Of a stretch of DNA of 64,000 bases, positions 23,416-36,349 are shown in pieces (positions within the stretch are counted from its first letter, which is position 1; every line of letters starts with the position of its first letter). The stretch is taken from NCBI GenBank assembly GCA_964187785.1, contig OZ076417.1, positions 36,890,001-36,954,000 of the forward strand, read 5' to 3'. The notes beneath the pieces are model-generated. The model was not told the origin of the DNA. It made no database searches and saw nothing but the letters and a program-made list of their open reading frames with translations. The DNA is from Amphiscolops sp. MND2022. Taxonomy: Eukaryota. A program made the translations under genes and the position numbers.

Positions 23416-25165
23416 TTAAGTAATGTACGCGTTTAAGTGTACTATCTTGTAATATTGCAAAATCAATAGTTTTTTGTGTTTCAATTGGTTTATTTGTACT
23501 TCGGTTTTTGTAAAATAACGACCTAATATGTCGGCAACAGAGATTTTTCCAGGAGTATGAAAGATTTTGTGTTTTGAAAACTTTGTTAAAAGCAAATGAG
23601 CTCGGTAAAAGCATAGGCTAAGATTACCTATTTTTGTAAAACATTGCGAAAAAGGTTTATGATCGGTGAAGACATGTATTGGATGTGGAAAACCAATGAT
23701 AAGAAAATCGTATATTTGAAAAGCTTGTACTATACCAAGAAGTTCGCAACCAAGCGTGGAAAGTTTTTGTTGTCGAAGGTTTTGTATACAAGAATTGTAA
23801 GATATAACTTTCATTTTGTTTTCTTCATTTAGATGGGAAAGAACAGCGCCTAATCCAATAAGCGAAGCGTCTACTGTAATGAAAAATCGATGTTTTGTAT
23901 TTGGTATTTTAAGTTCTGTTTCAGAAGTGAGAGACGTTTTAAGTTTTTGGAAAAGAGTTTCGTGTTCGTCTGTCAATGAAACGCATGAGAGCGACTGTTC
24001 CAGTAGGAAAAAGGAGTTTGTGGACAGCTGCAATTTTTGAGTGAATAGGTTTAATTGTAATATAACCAATTTCATGTCCGAGAAATTTAACCTTGGGAAG
24101 CATGAAAAATGATTTTTTCTGGAACCAGCTTGAGGTTGTTTTTTGTACTAATATTATGTAGTTGTTCTATAAGTTGAAACATGTGTTCTTCAGAGTTTGA
24201 AAAAATAAAATATCATCAATATATAAAAGAGCAAAACCTTGTTCTATAAGAGTTTTAAAGAAGGTCGACATTTGTTGAAAACAACTTGGAAGTCCTTTAA
24301 GAAAGCCTTCGTATGGAACCCCAAGAGTTTGTCACCAAATGAGAAACTTGTAAGTTTGATTGTTTCTTTGTCAAGAGGTGTATATGCATAATCAAACATG
24401 AGGTCTATTGCACATTTGTATTTTTTATTTGCGCGTCCTAATTGAGGAGCAAGAGGTTCAAGAGGCTAAGATTCATCAGATTGTACTGTATTTGAGTTAA
24501 GATGTCGAGCGTCTGATACGCATTTCATAGAGTCTCCTTTCAGGACATATTGGATATATTGAGGTTCCGATTTCCAATGAAAAACCCAAATATTATCATG
24601 TCCATGATAATACCCTAATACACAAAGTTACTCATACCTACCATCCTGAAATCACAGAAATTATCCCACAAACAAATTACTCCTTACAATATAAAGATGA
24701 CACAGTTCCTTTTCACCAATTTTCGCTACACCAAATATATATGACAAATTATGACACACCATCAATTACTTCACGTCTTTATAATGTACAACCTGTTTCT
24801 CACACTTCAAAACCTCGAATTTTTCCTTCACTACTATACACTACAGAAAATCTCAAAATTAAAAACAGTCTGACCTTACAGACACTGAATAAATTACACT
24901 CTGTAATTTCTTACTTAATTTCAAAACATGCTATGCAACACATGAAAACGATGTTGGCAAAACTGCAAACGCCTTCTGTATCAAGTTAAAAACCAACGCT
25001 CAACTTATTACACAACGTCTTTCCAAACCAATTCACTACCAAGACAAACTCAATACTCTTCTGAAATAACTAGAAAATTACAATATTATAAAACAAATTG
25101 GTTCTTCTCCACAAGACAAACCATTTTATGGCACAACTTATTTAAACCCTCTTATTATTATACCT
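23416..25165 (-). pseudogene. pol: Reverse transcriptase and RNase H (RT N-terminus lies in the inverted segment 24541-25165)
   Basis: YIDD at 24212-24223; KCVSDARHLN; AIDL; RNase H ITVDASLIGLGAVL...ELLGIV...FTDHKP...VADIL. Confidence 0.95.
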
Positions 25166-25435
25166 TAGGTAGTGTTGCAATATGATTTGTAGAGTTTTTT
25201 ATAAGGATTGCACAGGTGTCTGGTTTATTATCTGTGAAAACTTCTGTAAACGTACGTAATTTAGTAGAGAAGTAAGTATATGGAATTGTAGGGAAGAGAT
25301 GGTTTTGTAGTGTCGTTGTAAAATGAAGGTTATAGTAGTTCTTTATTGGGAAGTGTGAATTTTTTGAAGAATTAGGTTTCGAACGTATTTGTGTTTTAGA
25401 AAGAATTGACGCCAATCATCTTCTAATGTTGTGTT

Positions 25436-25705
25436 TTAAGTTATAGTTACATCGTGCAAGTAGTTTTCTTCGGTTTGATTTGCAACAGTTAAAGTTTTTG
25501 AGGGAATGAGTATATTGTTCTGTTTAATATCTAGGACTTTTGCAATATTAAAATAGGTGGGATAATTTAATACTGATGTAGTAGCACCGCTATCTAAAAG
25601 GAATGGTATTTCTAATCTTGTAGGGTTGTCACGTTGAATTTGGTTTGATGGTGTATATATGTATAGAGAGTAGGACCAACTTGTAGGTGTTACAGCATTT
25701 GCCAT
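25436..25705 (-). pseudogene. pol: Aspartic protease
   Basis: IPFLLDSGATTSVLN retropepsin motif in ORF 25436-25705. Confidence 0.9.
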
Positions 25706-25919
25706 TTAAGTTGGGTTATAAATGTCTACTTCGAAGTTGATTGGATCATTTTGGTGTTGTGGTTGTTTTGTATTAAGTTTGTTTCTTGTATTTGAATGTG
25801 AACGAGATCTAGAAAACCTGTAATCTCTTGGTCGTGAAAGTGGTCTCTTGGAAGAAGTATATTTTGTAAAATTGTTGTTATTCCTTGAATGTGATTGTGA
25901 TCTATATCTGTGACGAGAG

Positions 25920-28879
25920 TCATGTCTGTAAGGGGATGTAAAAGGAAGATATGTAAGGAGAGCGATAGGATCGTGAATCTCGTTTTTTTGTTGTCATATC
26001 GTGATCGCGTGTATTGTGGAGGAGTAGCACTTTTATGATAACTGAATCAATCTCTGGATGTAGTGCGATATCTGTTTTCTGAAATACATTTTTTGTTGTA
26101 ATATTTATTTCGTGAATTATTTCTACTTTGATAACGTGTGTCATATCGTTTTCTTCTGTCGTTTGCAAGAGAACGAAAGTACTGTATAAATGATTTTTGA
26201 GGAGATTTCGATCTAGCATAAGCATCTCTTTTATCTTCATCACTCGTTGTTTTTTGAAACTAGCAGAGATGGATTGATTTGTTCTGTGGCAATAGAACAA
26301 TACTTTTTATATGCAGGTTCATTTTTGTTATTTGGGTGTCGAGGTTGTGTAAACATAAGTTGTTCTTGCTGTGAAGAGTCAAGAGTCTAAATTTATAACT
26401 GTTTGTAATGTTATTTACTTCAAGTGCACGATCACGTGTTCTAATTTTATCATTTGCTTTATCTTCGGCATCAACGAGCTTTACTGTTGTGTGAAAAGGG
26501 ATGGAATGTTCTAAAACAGTAGTTGTGTCTTTCACTTGTCTTTTGTTAGCAAAGACTTTATGGTTTTTGTGGAGTATCTTTGTGAAAAATTCATTACATT
26601 TTAAGTTAATAGTAGATGCATTCTCAATACACCAGCCGTTTTCAACTAGCTGTTGAACTTTACATGCAAAACAACGTACTGTTTCATTATTCTTTTTAGT
26701 GAAATTGAGAGCTTCTACCTGAGCATAGTAAGCATCTTTCTGGGATGCGAGTTGTTTTTTAAAGGGTTGTCCAAAAGCGTGCCAATCTTGTTTATAAGTG
26801 TCGTTCAAACGGAAGTACCAACTGAGAGCTGTGCCAGTTGAAGAGCATTGTATGAAAACCATTCTTTGAGCGTGCCACAATTTATATTCGTGATCAGACA
26901 TAGGTTGTAAACGGAGTGAAATGTTACACATGCCTCAATGTGATGTAAATATTCTTCTAGTGGATAGTTATGATTTATGCCAACAAAAGGTTTGATAGGT
27001 TCAGAGATTGATAAAGAAGAATTTATTAAGGTTGGTCCTGAAACTGTAGACTGAGGTATTGTAGAAGGAGGGACTGTATTGTACATAGGTATATTAGAGA
27101 CATTTGACGATATTTTTGATTGAGTTGTAAAAAGTTGTGTCCATGTAGCAATAATGTGAGGATTAGTTCTAATAGTTGTAGAAGGAGGATTAGGTGTCTC
27201 AAATTGAGTGTTTTGTAACATGTGTCTTGTAGTATTTGATTGTTGAGATGTAGAAAAGGAATTTAAGGTGTTTTGGCTGTTGTTTGTTGTAGATTGTTGT
27301 GTATTATTAGGATTTGTACTTATAAGACTGTACGATAATGCATTAGTTGGAATAGTTTGTAGTGTAGGTATAGAAAGACTTTTAGAGGTAGTGTAGTTCG
27401 GTCTTGCGTTGGAGTGAAGAGTATTATTAGTTAAAGCGGTTTGTATATTTTGTGTTTGAGTATTTTGGGCAGGTGTATACGCTAAGGTTTGTACAATTGG
27501 TACCGTATTTGTTGTTTGTGTTTTAGAAAAACCTTGTTGACGAGGATCGTGTGGAATAGTTTGAGTAGAATACTGTGAAGGAAGAGGAGGTGGATCTTAA
27601 TTTCGAGGTGAGGTTTCTTTTGTTTGAAATGGTTGAGTTATATGAGTATTTGATGTAGATAAGGTAGAAGTATTGTCTTGGATTGTATCATAAGTAGTGT
27701 AATTTTGGTTTTGATCATAGAGTGGATTTTGTGTAATGTTGTGTACAGGAATTTGTATTATCTTCGTTGAATCATTTGTTATTGTAAGACTTCGTGGATT
27801 ATTCAATGTGATATCAGAGAGTTCTGACACATTTTGTATTGTAGTAGTTTCAGAACGATCTTGTACATTTTGTAATGTTGTATTAGCTTGTTGTGGATCA
27901 GGTACTATATTAAATTGTTGAGGTACTTGATTCTGAAACAGGTCTGTAGTGTCATCTTGATTGAAATGTGAAATACTTTGTCCAGTATCATGTTGTATAA
28001 TAATAAGAATTTATTCCTTAAGCGAAGGTTCAGTGATGATATTAGAAGTAATATATGATCGATTGTCTGATGTTTCAGAATGTTCTAGAATAAAGTTATA
28101 ATCAAAGTTGATTAGATTAAAATAATCTAATGTTAATTGAGGTGAGATCTCTGTAGTGCACATGTTTGCTTCTATTATTGATTATAAATGGTAGGAGTTC
28201 AGTTTCTGTTAGTACTTAAGGAAAGTTGATGTAAGCGTTTTGGTCTTGTTGTTCCTATTTTAAATGGTAGTTAAATCCGAACAATTTTAATAGAAAACGT
28301 GAGAAGACTTTTTTTGTGGTACTGTATCTTCGTTAAGTTTGATGTTTCGAAAGAATCTGTTTTAAATTGTTTACTTTGTAATATATCTTGTTGTAACCAA
28401 TAATGAGGATTGTCATGTCGTGAGATTTTGGTTGCGCAATATTGTACTTCAAAGTACTCATGCTTTTCCTTGACACTTTCTAGATGAAAAGGAATATAAA
28501 TTAGTGTGTCTAGATTCTCATCATGTTCTGTAAGTTTGTCCATATAAGTAATGAAAACATCTTGTATAGAGAGGTTTATATTTTGTGTGTGAATTGTTCT
28601 ATAATGTGTTCCTGGGTTTATGCCATGGACTGGGTTAAAAATAATTTGAAAAGGGTTTTGTGAATGTGTTATTTTTGTTGTTTTGTAGCGAAAGTAGTAT
28701 AAGTAAGAGTCACAATGTTCTCTTAACAGAGGAATAGTATTTATATTACGAGGTTCTGCTTCAAATGAGAGTGGGTTTGTGTACTGAAATGTGATGTTAT
28801 TTAAAAATGGTATTACATCTTGAGTTAAAGAACGTTTTTGACGTTGATCTCTAGATATTGCAAATGGAGAGGGAAGCAT
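25920..28879 (-). pseudogene. gag: Long gag ORF (unknown N-terminal domain, T/P/Q-rich linker, capsid domain)
   Basis: TGTALSWYFRLNDTYKQDWHAF.Q.FKKQ..SQKDAYYAQVEALN..KKNNETVR is retrotransposon capsid-like; upstream pieces 26805-27221, 27597-27830 and 28271-28879; start position uncertain. Confidence 0.75.
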
Positions 28880-29700
28880 TGTGTTATTTAATAATTAATT
28901 AGAATAATAGGTTTGCCATAGAGGATATATGTACTGTAAAATAAGATGTTTTGTATTAAAGTTAAAGTTATACGGTATTTTTTGATCTACAAAGATAATT
29001 TGGAGAAGTATTGTAAGTATTGTACAAAAGATGAGAAGGAGTTTATTAGAAATGTAGGTATTAAGTGTACAAAAAGTATGATAGATACCAAGGGTTCCAA
29101 AAAGAGGTAGTACTATACTTGTAAGCATATAGAAGAAGAAAGTTATATACTAAAGTTTGGGTATAAAAAGTACTAGAATTTGTCACAGAAAAGAGCAAGA
29201 CCAGGAAGTAGTGCAGAAGAGAAACAAAGGCATTTAATGAATTTTACCATATCATCAGCTGAAGGCATTCATACAAATGAGACGAAAAGTTATGTTCTAA
29301 ATATTGTAATATGATATGTAAAATAATGAAATTTGTTTAGTATATTGTTTAGGGTTCAGACGTTATGAATTTTGTTCGTTAATTTGGATATTTTCATAAA
29401 ATATCTGGATCCGTTAACTTTGTTTTGGAAAAAGTGTTTTAGTTTGTATGTACTGTATAGTCTAGAAAGGATGAGGTGTATCAAAATGAAGTGTGGAGGA
29501 AATACATTGTGTATTGTAGGTGTTCCAACTTTTACGTTGATCCAAGCGGCTGGAACCAGAGTGTTTTTACTAGCAGGAATCGCTGGATAGCACTATAGAA
29601 CGCCAACACGTATCGCACGCCTGCGGTTGAAACGGAGAGAAGAGAAGAAACTACCAACACGAATTCACCCAGTGGTGGTTGGAATGAAAAAAGTTTTTCA

Positions 29701-29844
29701 ACTGACAGGAATTGCGTTCAATGACGCAGTCAGAACCAAAGAGTCTTAACTAACAGGGATTACGTTCAGTGACGCAGTCGGAACCAAAGAATTTTCATTG
29801 ACAGGAGTTACGTTTAGTTACGCAGTCAGAGCCATAGCAACACG
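29701..29844 (-). repeat. 3 x 48-bp tandem repeat in the 5' leader
   Basis: Units at 29701, 29749 and 29797 (a.tgacagg..tt.cgtt.a.tgacgcagtc.gaacca); the period is a multiple of 3. Confidence 0.9.
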
Positions 29845-30030
29845 AACTAATTTCAAAAAAATTGGTTGGAACGTTGAGGTAATAACTGTGTACGATACAG
29901 AGGGGAGGAGAGACGAACGAGGGGAGCAGATACGGTGTGTCGAACGAAGAGGTATCGGATCAGAAAGTTGAGAAAAGATGTCCCAAGAAGAGTGAAGTTG
30001 TGGCACTGGAGGGAGAGAAATGAGAATTTT

Positions 30031-30043
30031 CGTGATCGCACCA
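30031..30043 (-). promoter_or_regulatory. Primer binding site TGGTGCGATCACG
   Basis: Begins 2 nt (AT) after the CA end of the 5' LTR; priming tRNA not identified. Confidence 0.8.
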
Positions 30044-30045
30044 AT

Positions 30046-30506
30046 TGAGCTGTTAAATGTATGTGTTGTTTTAATTCTTATTTCTTCTATCGAGCGCATA
30101 AGAAGTCTAAGATTCGTAATAGCAATTTCGTCTAAGGTACAAAGCCAAACTAACTAGCTAGCTATCTTTCAATATCTCTGAGGTCTCAGTTACGTTTTTC
30201 TTTCTAGAGTGAACCCGTTCTCTAGTTAGGATTCTATTTTTCTCCGAGTAGATATATTCTACAATTACATCAATGATTATAGTTAATTTAATTGTCATGC
30301 TAATCAATCAAAGCGACAACAGTAAGATGGTATGCTGATGAGATTGTCTCAAGTTATTAATGAAGTTATCTTCAAGTGTCAGCAATCTAGTCAATTTCAA
30401 TTAATTACGAAATGAAGTGACATCTGTCTTTATAAAATTGGGTGACTTCTAAATTGGGTAAATAAATTTTTTAAAGTTCTTTGAGGACACGCATCATGGC
30501 CTCACA
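30046..30506 (-). repeat. 5' LTR (461 bp)
   Basis: Matches the 3' LTR; followed on the plus strand by the TSD CAGT. Confidence 0.95.
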
Positions 30507-33500
30507 CAGTATTGACACTTTACTCGTTTTCTATCTCTATTGCTGGATGTATAATTTTCGATCATGAGATGTCAAAAGCTTTAGCGTTATTAGAAGCTTT
30601 TTGCCGGGAAGCGAAGGTTGCGTGTCCATTACATGCAAAACTTTTTACTTTAAGTGTTTTCGTAGTTCGGACTAGATAATTGGATGGATTTGATAAATGC
30701 TGTTAGTACTTTTTTGAAAAAAAGCATTCATATTGCTGTTTAAGGTTTGGTTCAACTGGAATCATCAATGACTTGTGAAATGCACTGAATATAGGGTGTT
30801 GCTTTTCGGAGCGTTGACTGGGGCCAAGTAGGTTGATTGAATGTACTGTTTATTACAAAACTATTTTTCTGGAAAAAAAGTCTGGCGTTATCTTCGAAAT
30901 AAATGTTGTATTTAAATGTCTGAAAATTGAAACTTAACTAACTGTTGCTTTTTTTTCGTTGTCGAGAAAAAAAATACGTACATTCAAATTTTGTATACAA
31001 AACAACTGAACAAAAAGCAACAATTGAATATAACTTTCTTACCGCCAATTTAGCAATATACACTTTCAATGCAACTGACCACCTTAGGCAATTCATTTTT
31101 GTTTGCATTGGGCTGACAATTATCCCGACGCTTATTTTGTCATCAGCCAATTTTCCTTTCTGCAACACACTGACTTCAGCCTGCTCGTTAAAAATTAATA
31201 CATTCATGCGTGGCAAGCGTCAAAACTTCAGGAAGCAAAAACGTTGTTATTGATTGTCTCAGAAACCTGCAGGTATCATGCGTTTTATTAGTTGCATTTG
31301 CCATACCACCATCAAAAAATGAAAAGTAAATGACAAATAGTGAAAAACAAATCGTGACCCTGCAAAATTTTATCGGAACTATAAAGAACTCCAAATATCA
31401 TTTTATTTTCCGAACAAAACAAATGTATTTATTTGGTTAGCAAAACTTAGCGAAGTTTGATGTCCTGTTGCTTACGAATGCTTATATATATCCAAGCTGT
31501 TACAATCTTTCCAGAAGTGTTTGCATAGATAGCTCGGACAAATTATACAGAGCAGTGAGTCCAAAGGGTCTTAGTTCTCAGTCGTTTTTGTTGACAACTC
31601 TGATGAGTACCTTGTTTTTTTTCTCGACTTTGACAGGGATTATGCTCGGCAAAACTACCTTGTAACTAGGAGCGTAAAAAGTTGAAGAGTGGATACTGAG
31701 GAAAACGTGGTTTTGCTTAGGTGCCCGTGTTGTCAAACCATGTGTTTCCATGCATGGTAGATGTACATAGTCATGCCGCGTTCTTTCGCATGGAATCGCA
31801 TGGTACTTTCATATTCCTTGCATGATCATTGTCGCAACCCTCACATGGGTGCGATGACAAAATTAACATGGGAGTGCCAAGGAAGAAGAGCTGCAAAATT
31901 TGAAACATTAGATTTAAAACGAAAAACAATCAAAACAATCAAATGTCTTTATACACATTTTTGTAAGCGATTTATACAAACAATATTAAGGCGCAGTGTT
32001 TTTCGGTATATTTGTAATCAGTTCAATAGTCTTGAATGAGGCAGCCAGTTAGTAGTCCGACGGCCAGTATATTGATTGGAATTATTCAGTAAGCACGTTG
32101 ACTGGGCCGTTGCCTCAGCATCAGTGCTAAGCAGTTCTAGCTTCTGTTGGTTAAGTAATCGACCAATCAGAAGCGACCACAATCGTGTAAATTTAGGTAC
32201 GTACACACGGTGGACATACTTAGGGTATTACCTGACAGGCAAACAAACGGATTAATGTTTGAAGTAGTAATCTAGGCATCCCGAAACGGCATGCTATCAG
32301 GTAGCTAATTTTTGAATCAACGATCTGTTTCGTCAACTGCGAAAAAGTGATTAATTACAATGGTTGTTCAGTTAAAACTATGATTGTTCTACCAAACTTG
32401 CAAAAAATGGAAAAAGTCGAAGTTCCGTTGGATCTTGATGGTCCTTTTAAACGTTTTTGCACTGACTTGAGGCTAAGTATCTTACTTGTTTATCAATGAA
32501 CAAAAATAGAAGGAATTGTTGAAAATTTAAATTTCGGGGCATGCTTTTTTAGGCAGAAAATTGAAAAAAACTGATTTTGAAACTTGCAATTACCTATGGT
32601 CCGAACATACATTTCAATGGTCAATTGCTTTCAAGAACCAACCGCTTTCGAGCATCTTTCAAACAAAATGCAATTGGAAGAAAAATTCTGTTTTGCGTTT
32701 TCAAGGCGAATGATACACTAGGGGAGTGGCTATTGTCACGACCGGCTCCCGGTCGGTGTTTTACTTGCCATGAGGGCATAGACGGATTCCCTGCCATGGG
32801 AAAGGACTTGGCCATGGGAACGGTTTTTTGAACGTTAGTGAATTAAAATTCTACTTACAGCACAGCTAAATAACTTGCAACGATGATTTTTCCCGCGCAT
32901 AATAAAAGTTAACGTAAGGACAACGTAGTACTTTGCAAAACGATTTTATCTAGCAAAAACTTCATCTCTGATTATTTTCTTAATTTTTTTACGTGTGATC
33001 TTTTTGCACCTTCTGTTCATCTTCTGAAATGCACTTACTAATTTAAATAGCAAACCAGAGACAAAGTTCACAATAGAAAATTAGTTCTCCTTTTCCCACC
33101 CTGAAATGAAACATTAAGAACAGTAGTTCGTTCCGTCAAATTAACTGAGCTCATGCAATTTTAAATGAATTGAACATACAAAATTTTATAATGGATTGTT
33201 CTCCAGTGCTAAATTAGTTGTCAAAATTCCCCAAGTTACAGTCAAGCAATTCAAGCAAACAATTACAATGTTATGACAACGTCACTCAGCTAAATTAGAA
33301 ACTGGTGCTTCTCTTTTTATGGACCAATAGCGTTGTCCTTAGTCGAGCTATTTGCACTCAATCCAATAGGAATGATTTTTTTATGACGTCACCAGCTGAG
33401 AAAAAGAGAACCAACGCCTACGCTCTCCGCAATCTTTCTGTTGATCGCTGTTCAGCTATGCCTAATCTTAATACGTACGGAAACGTTACGGAGCAAATTG

Positions 33501-34189
33501 TAAAACTGTAAGTATGAAACGAAGTTTCAAGCCGGTGGTCGAATGAATTTCTTCGAGAAACGACGCACTGAAAGAAGTTTAACAATAAGATCCAGTTTGT
33601 CTAAAGCTGTACTTTAAGAAAGAATTATGAAGCCATATGAAGCCATGAACATACTCCCAAGTTTGTTTCATGATTGCTTTATAATAGTTAATCGCGAATG
33701 AGAGTACGTTTATCGTACGTTGTTTGTGACTTTCCGTTAAAGATTAGAGTCAAACAGTCAATCATAACTACTACACACTTTTTCGTAAACATCCAAAAGT
33801 ACAACTTAAGCCCATCGTTTCTAAGACGAGATTCAATTTACCAGAGACAGTGTTATTTTAACCTTGAACTCACATTGTGCTAATAATGCCGCATTTTTCA
33901 CTTATATTTTTGTAATAACATATTTTACCTGATTGAATATGAGATGATTTTCAAAAATGTTGAAACTCTGTGTTGTTGACTGATGTGATTTGGATTATTA
34001 AATGAATTTGGATTTTTGAATAACTTCAGTGAACAAACCCCATTTTTAGGAGTCGCAAAAATTTTTCGACTACATGCAATCATGTTGCTTATTTCTCCCG
34101 ATCATTCGTAAAAGTTTCAAATTTCTCAAAACATGTCCTTACGATTTTCATAATAATTTGCACAGTCATTCTAAACCCCAAGGGACCCC

Positions 34190-34725
34190 TGTGTGCCAAA
34201 AAACATCACGATCGTATGGCTGGGATGTAAAAAACATAGCCAAAATTAGCCCAAATTGGCCAAAAAATAGTTTTTCGATTTGCTCAAAAACTGTCCATAC
34301 GATTCAAAAGAAATTTTCTACTCATCAATCTCGAATTGTGTGGTTCTACAACTTATCACACTCCCATATGTGCAATGGCATCAAAATCGTATGGCTGGGA
34401 TGTGAGAAGCTTTCAAAATTAGCCCAAAAATGGTCAAAGTACTCTCATTTTTCATTTTTCTCAAAAAGCGTCCAAACGATTCGAACGAAACTTTGTACAG
34501 TCCCTCTACGCCATATTATGGTCGTATGTGTGTAATTTCGTCAAATTCGAATGACTGGGATGCGAGAAACTAAGCTAAAACTAACCCAGAAAAGGCCAAA
34601 AACACCCATTTTTCTATTTTTGCAACAGCTGGCCATACGATTCGAATGAAATTTTTTACAGTCATTTTTATTTAAACAATAATATGTGTGCAATTCCAAT
34701 AAATTCGTATGACCGGGATCTGATC
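34190..34725. repeat. Degenerate tandem satellite, about 4 units of 158-175 bp
   Basis: Anchor tcg.atg.c.gggat at 34212, 34387, 34547 and 34705; shared aaaatta.ccca and acgattcgaa sub-blocks. Confidence 0.85.
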
Positions 34726-34964
34726 GAGTCAGAAGACCTAAGCCGACTCCTTCACCGCATATGCGGCTCTGGTTATGATAACTAAAATTTTTTGGCTGAG
34801 GAACAAATGAAGCTACAAAAGTAAAAATTTGTAAATCCGACATGTAAAACCAGTTAGAACTTTTGTTGTTTCGTGAGATTAATAGTTCACCGTTATAAAA
34901 ACGAAAAATATCTTCGTAGAATTCACTGTTTCCAAAAATCAGTTTTCTTCTTTTCAACTCAAAC

Positions 34965-35895
34965 ATGTCAACCAGATGTCAGAAAAAAGAATATGTGACA
35001 GAGTTGGCGTCAGGAGAATTTGAAGCCTCTGAGAATAACCAACCTGGAAACTAAGTTCCACGACCCAGTAAGTCGCCCAAAATCCAGACTGGGAAACTAG
35101 ATGAGATGAAAAGAGAGAAAAGATATAATGTCGGATCTGACAAAAATCTTAGCTGAGAACCAGAAAAAGATGTTAAAGCATATCTTAAACATCAGCATGA
35201 GCAGAACAAAATCAACAAAAGTTAAATAAAGGTGACGCATCTAGGGGTATTGATACCTGATTTTCTGACGCGCAACATGATTTGAAATATTGGGGACTTT
35301 TGGTGAACGAACCCGATTTTTTTGATACGTAGAAACTTTTAGGTGCGGGACAAATGATGCTAGGAAAGTATATATTTGTGGAACAAAGATTTCAACTTAG
35401 TCATTCCGTTAATTGTTTCCAAGTATACATTCTCCGTGAACTCTACGTTAAAATTTCAATTCTTTGACTAATATACAAAATTCCGATGATCTTTTTCTTT
35501 TCTACTCTAAAAATGACACCCAGAAGTCAAAAGAGAAAAATTATAGCTGAGCTAGTATCAGGAGCGTTTGAAGCATCTGCAGCGGAAAACATTCAACCTG
35601 GAAAATTAGTAGTAGGCCCAAGCAATTCTCCAAGGATACAGCCTGAGAAATTAGACGGTATCAAAACGTCACCAAGAAAAGGGATAATATCAGATCTTAC
35701 AAAAATCGTAGCTGAGAACCAGAAGGAAATATTAAATCTCAGAGCCCCAGTTATAAAGAAAAGAAACCTACAATCCACCAAACTGTTGAAGATTTCGACT
35801 CTGAAATGGAAAATAACCTTCCTACATCTACATCAACACCTTTAAAATCAAAAGCAACCACTTCTAAAATTACACCGATAGGTAGCCGTAACAGC
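34965..35895 (+). pseudogene. Two adjacent remnants of a retroelement 5' coiled-coil ORF (M.TRSQKRK..AELVSG.FEAS family)
   Basis: 34965-35180 and 35512-35895 align (ELASGEFEAS/ELVSGAFEAS; SDLTKILAENQK/SDLTKIVAENQK); similar N-terminus on the minus strand at ~52560. Confidence 0.7.
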
Positions 35896-36349
35896 TATAG
35901 ACACTTGATTTGACTTATCGAAGCGCAATAACTTCTATTATTTCCATTTAAAAAAGTCACTTCAAAAAGTATCTAAAACTTTGATTAGAATTACAGCAAT
36001 AGGTCTAGTTTTGAAGACGAATCAAGTTTTTTTAGTTATGTCACATGGTATTTTGAGGAACTTTTCGAGATCTTGACACCATTCTATAATTTTTACAATT
36101 AACACTTTTTCCGAAAACGCTTTGCACGCCTGTCTACATCAGAAAGAAACGAAATACAAATGAATGTAATCGGGATTTGGAATTGAACACTTAAACGCAC
36201 CGACGGAAGAGTTCACGCACCGACAGAAGCTGAAGATTTTCCTTTTCGCCCCTCTTAAATGAGAAAGCTTAGGCAGCATGTAAATTCTTACGAGAAAAAG
36301 AACTTGACCTTGACGAATCTATATGTGGAAAAGAATGTGCGGAAGAGGA

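Larger units (their letters stand above)
13293..30506 (-). mobile_element. Full-length 17.2-kb Ty3/Gypsy LTR retrotransposon / endogenous-retrovirus-like element with env and accessory ORFs (decayed)
   Basis: Two TG...CA LTRs (~88-90% identical by eye); 4-bp TSD CAGT at 13289-13292 and 30507-30510; PBS; domain order gag-PR-RT-RH-IN(GPY)-env. Confidence 0.95.

Noticed and set aside
30333-30360. CTGATGAG followed by a small stem in the 5' LTR (hammerhead-like core)
   Set aside because: No GAAA core after stem II, and the motif is not conserved in the other two LTR copies.
31608-31660. CTGATGAGTACC hammerhead-like start
   Set aside because: No complementary stem II partner or GAAAC downstream.
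34730-34966. Minus-strand ORF faintly resembling Penelope-type RT (FYEDIF...FVASFVP..KNFSY)
   Set aside because: The similarity is too weak and short to call without a search.
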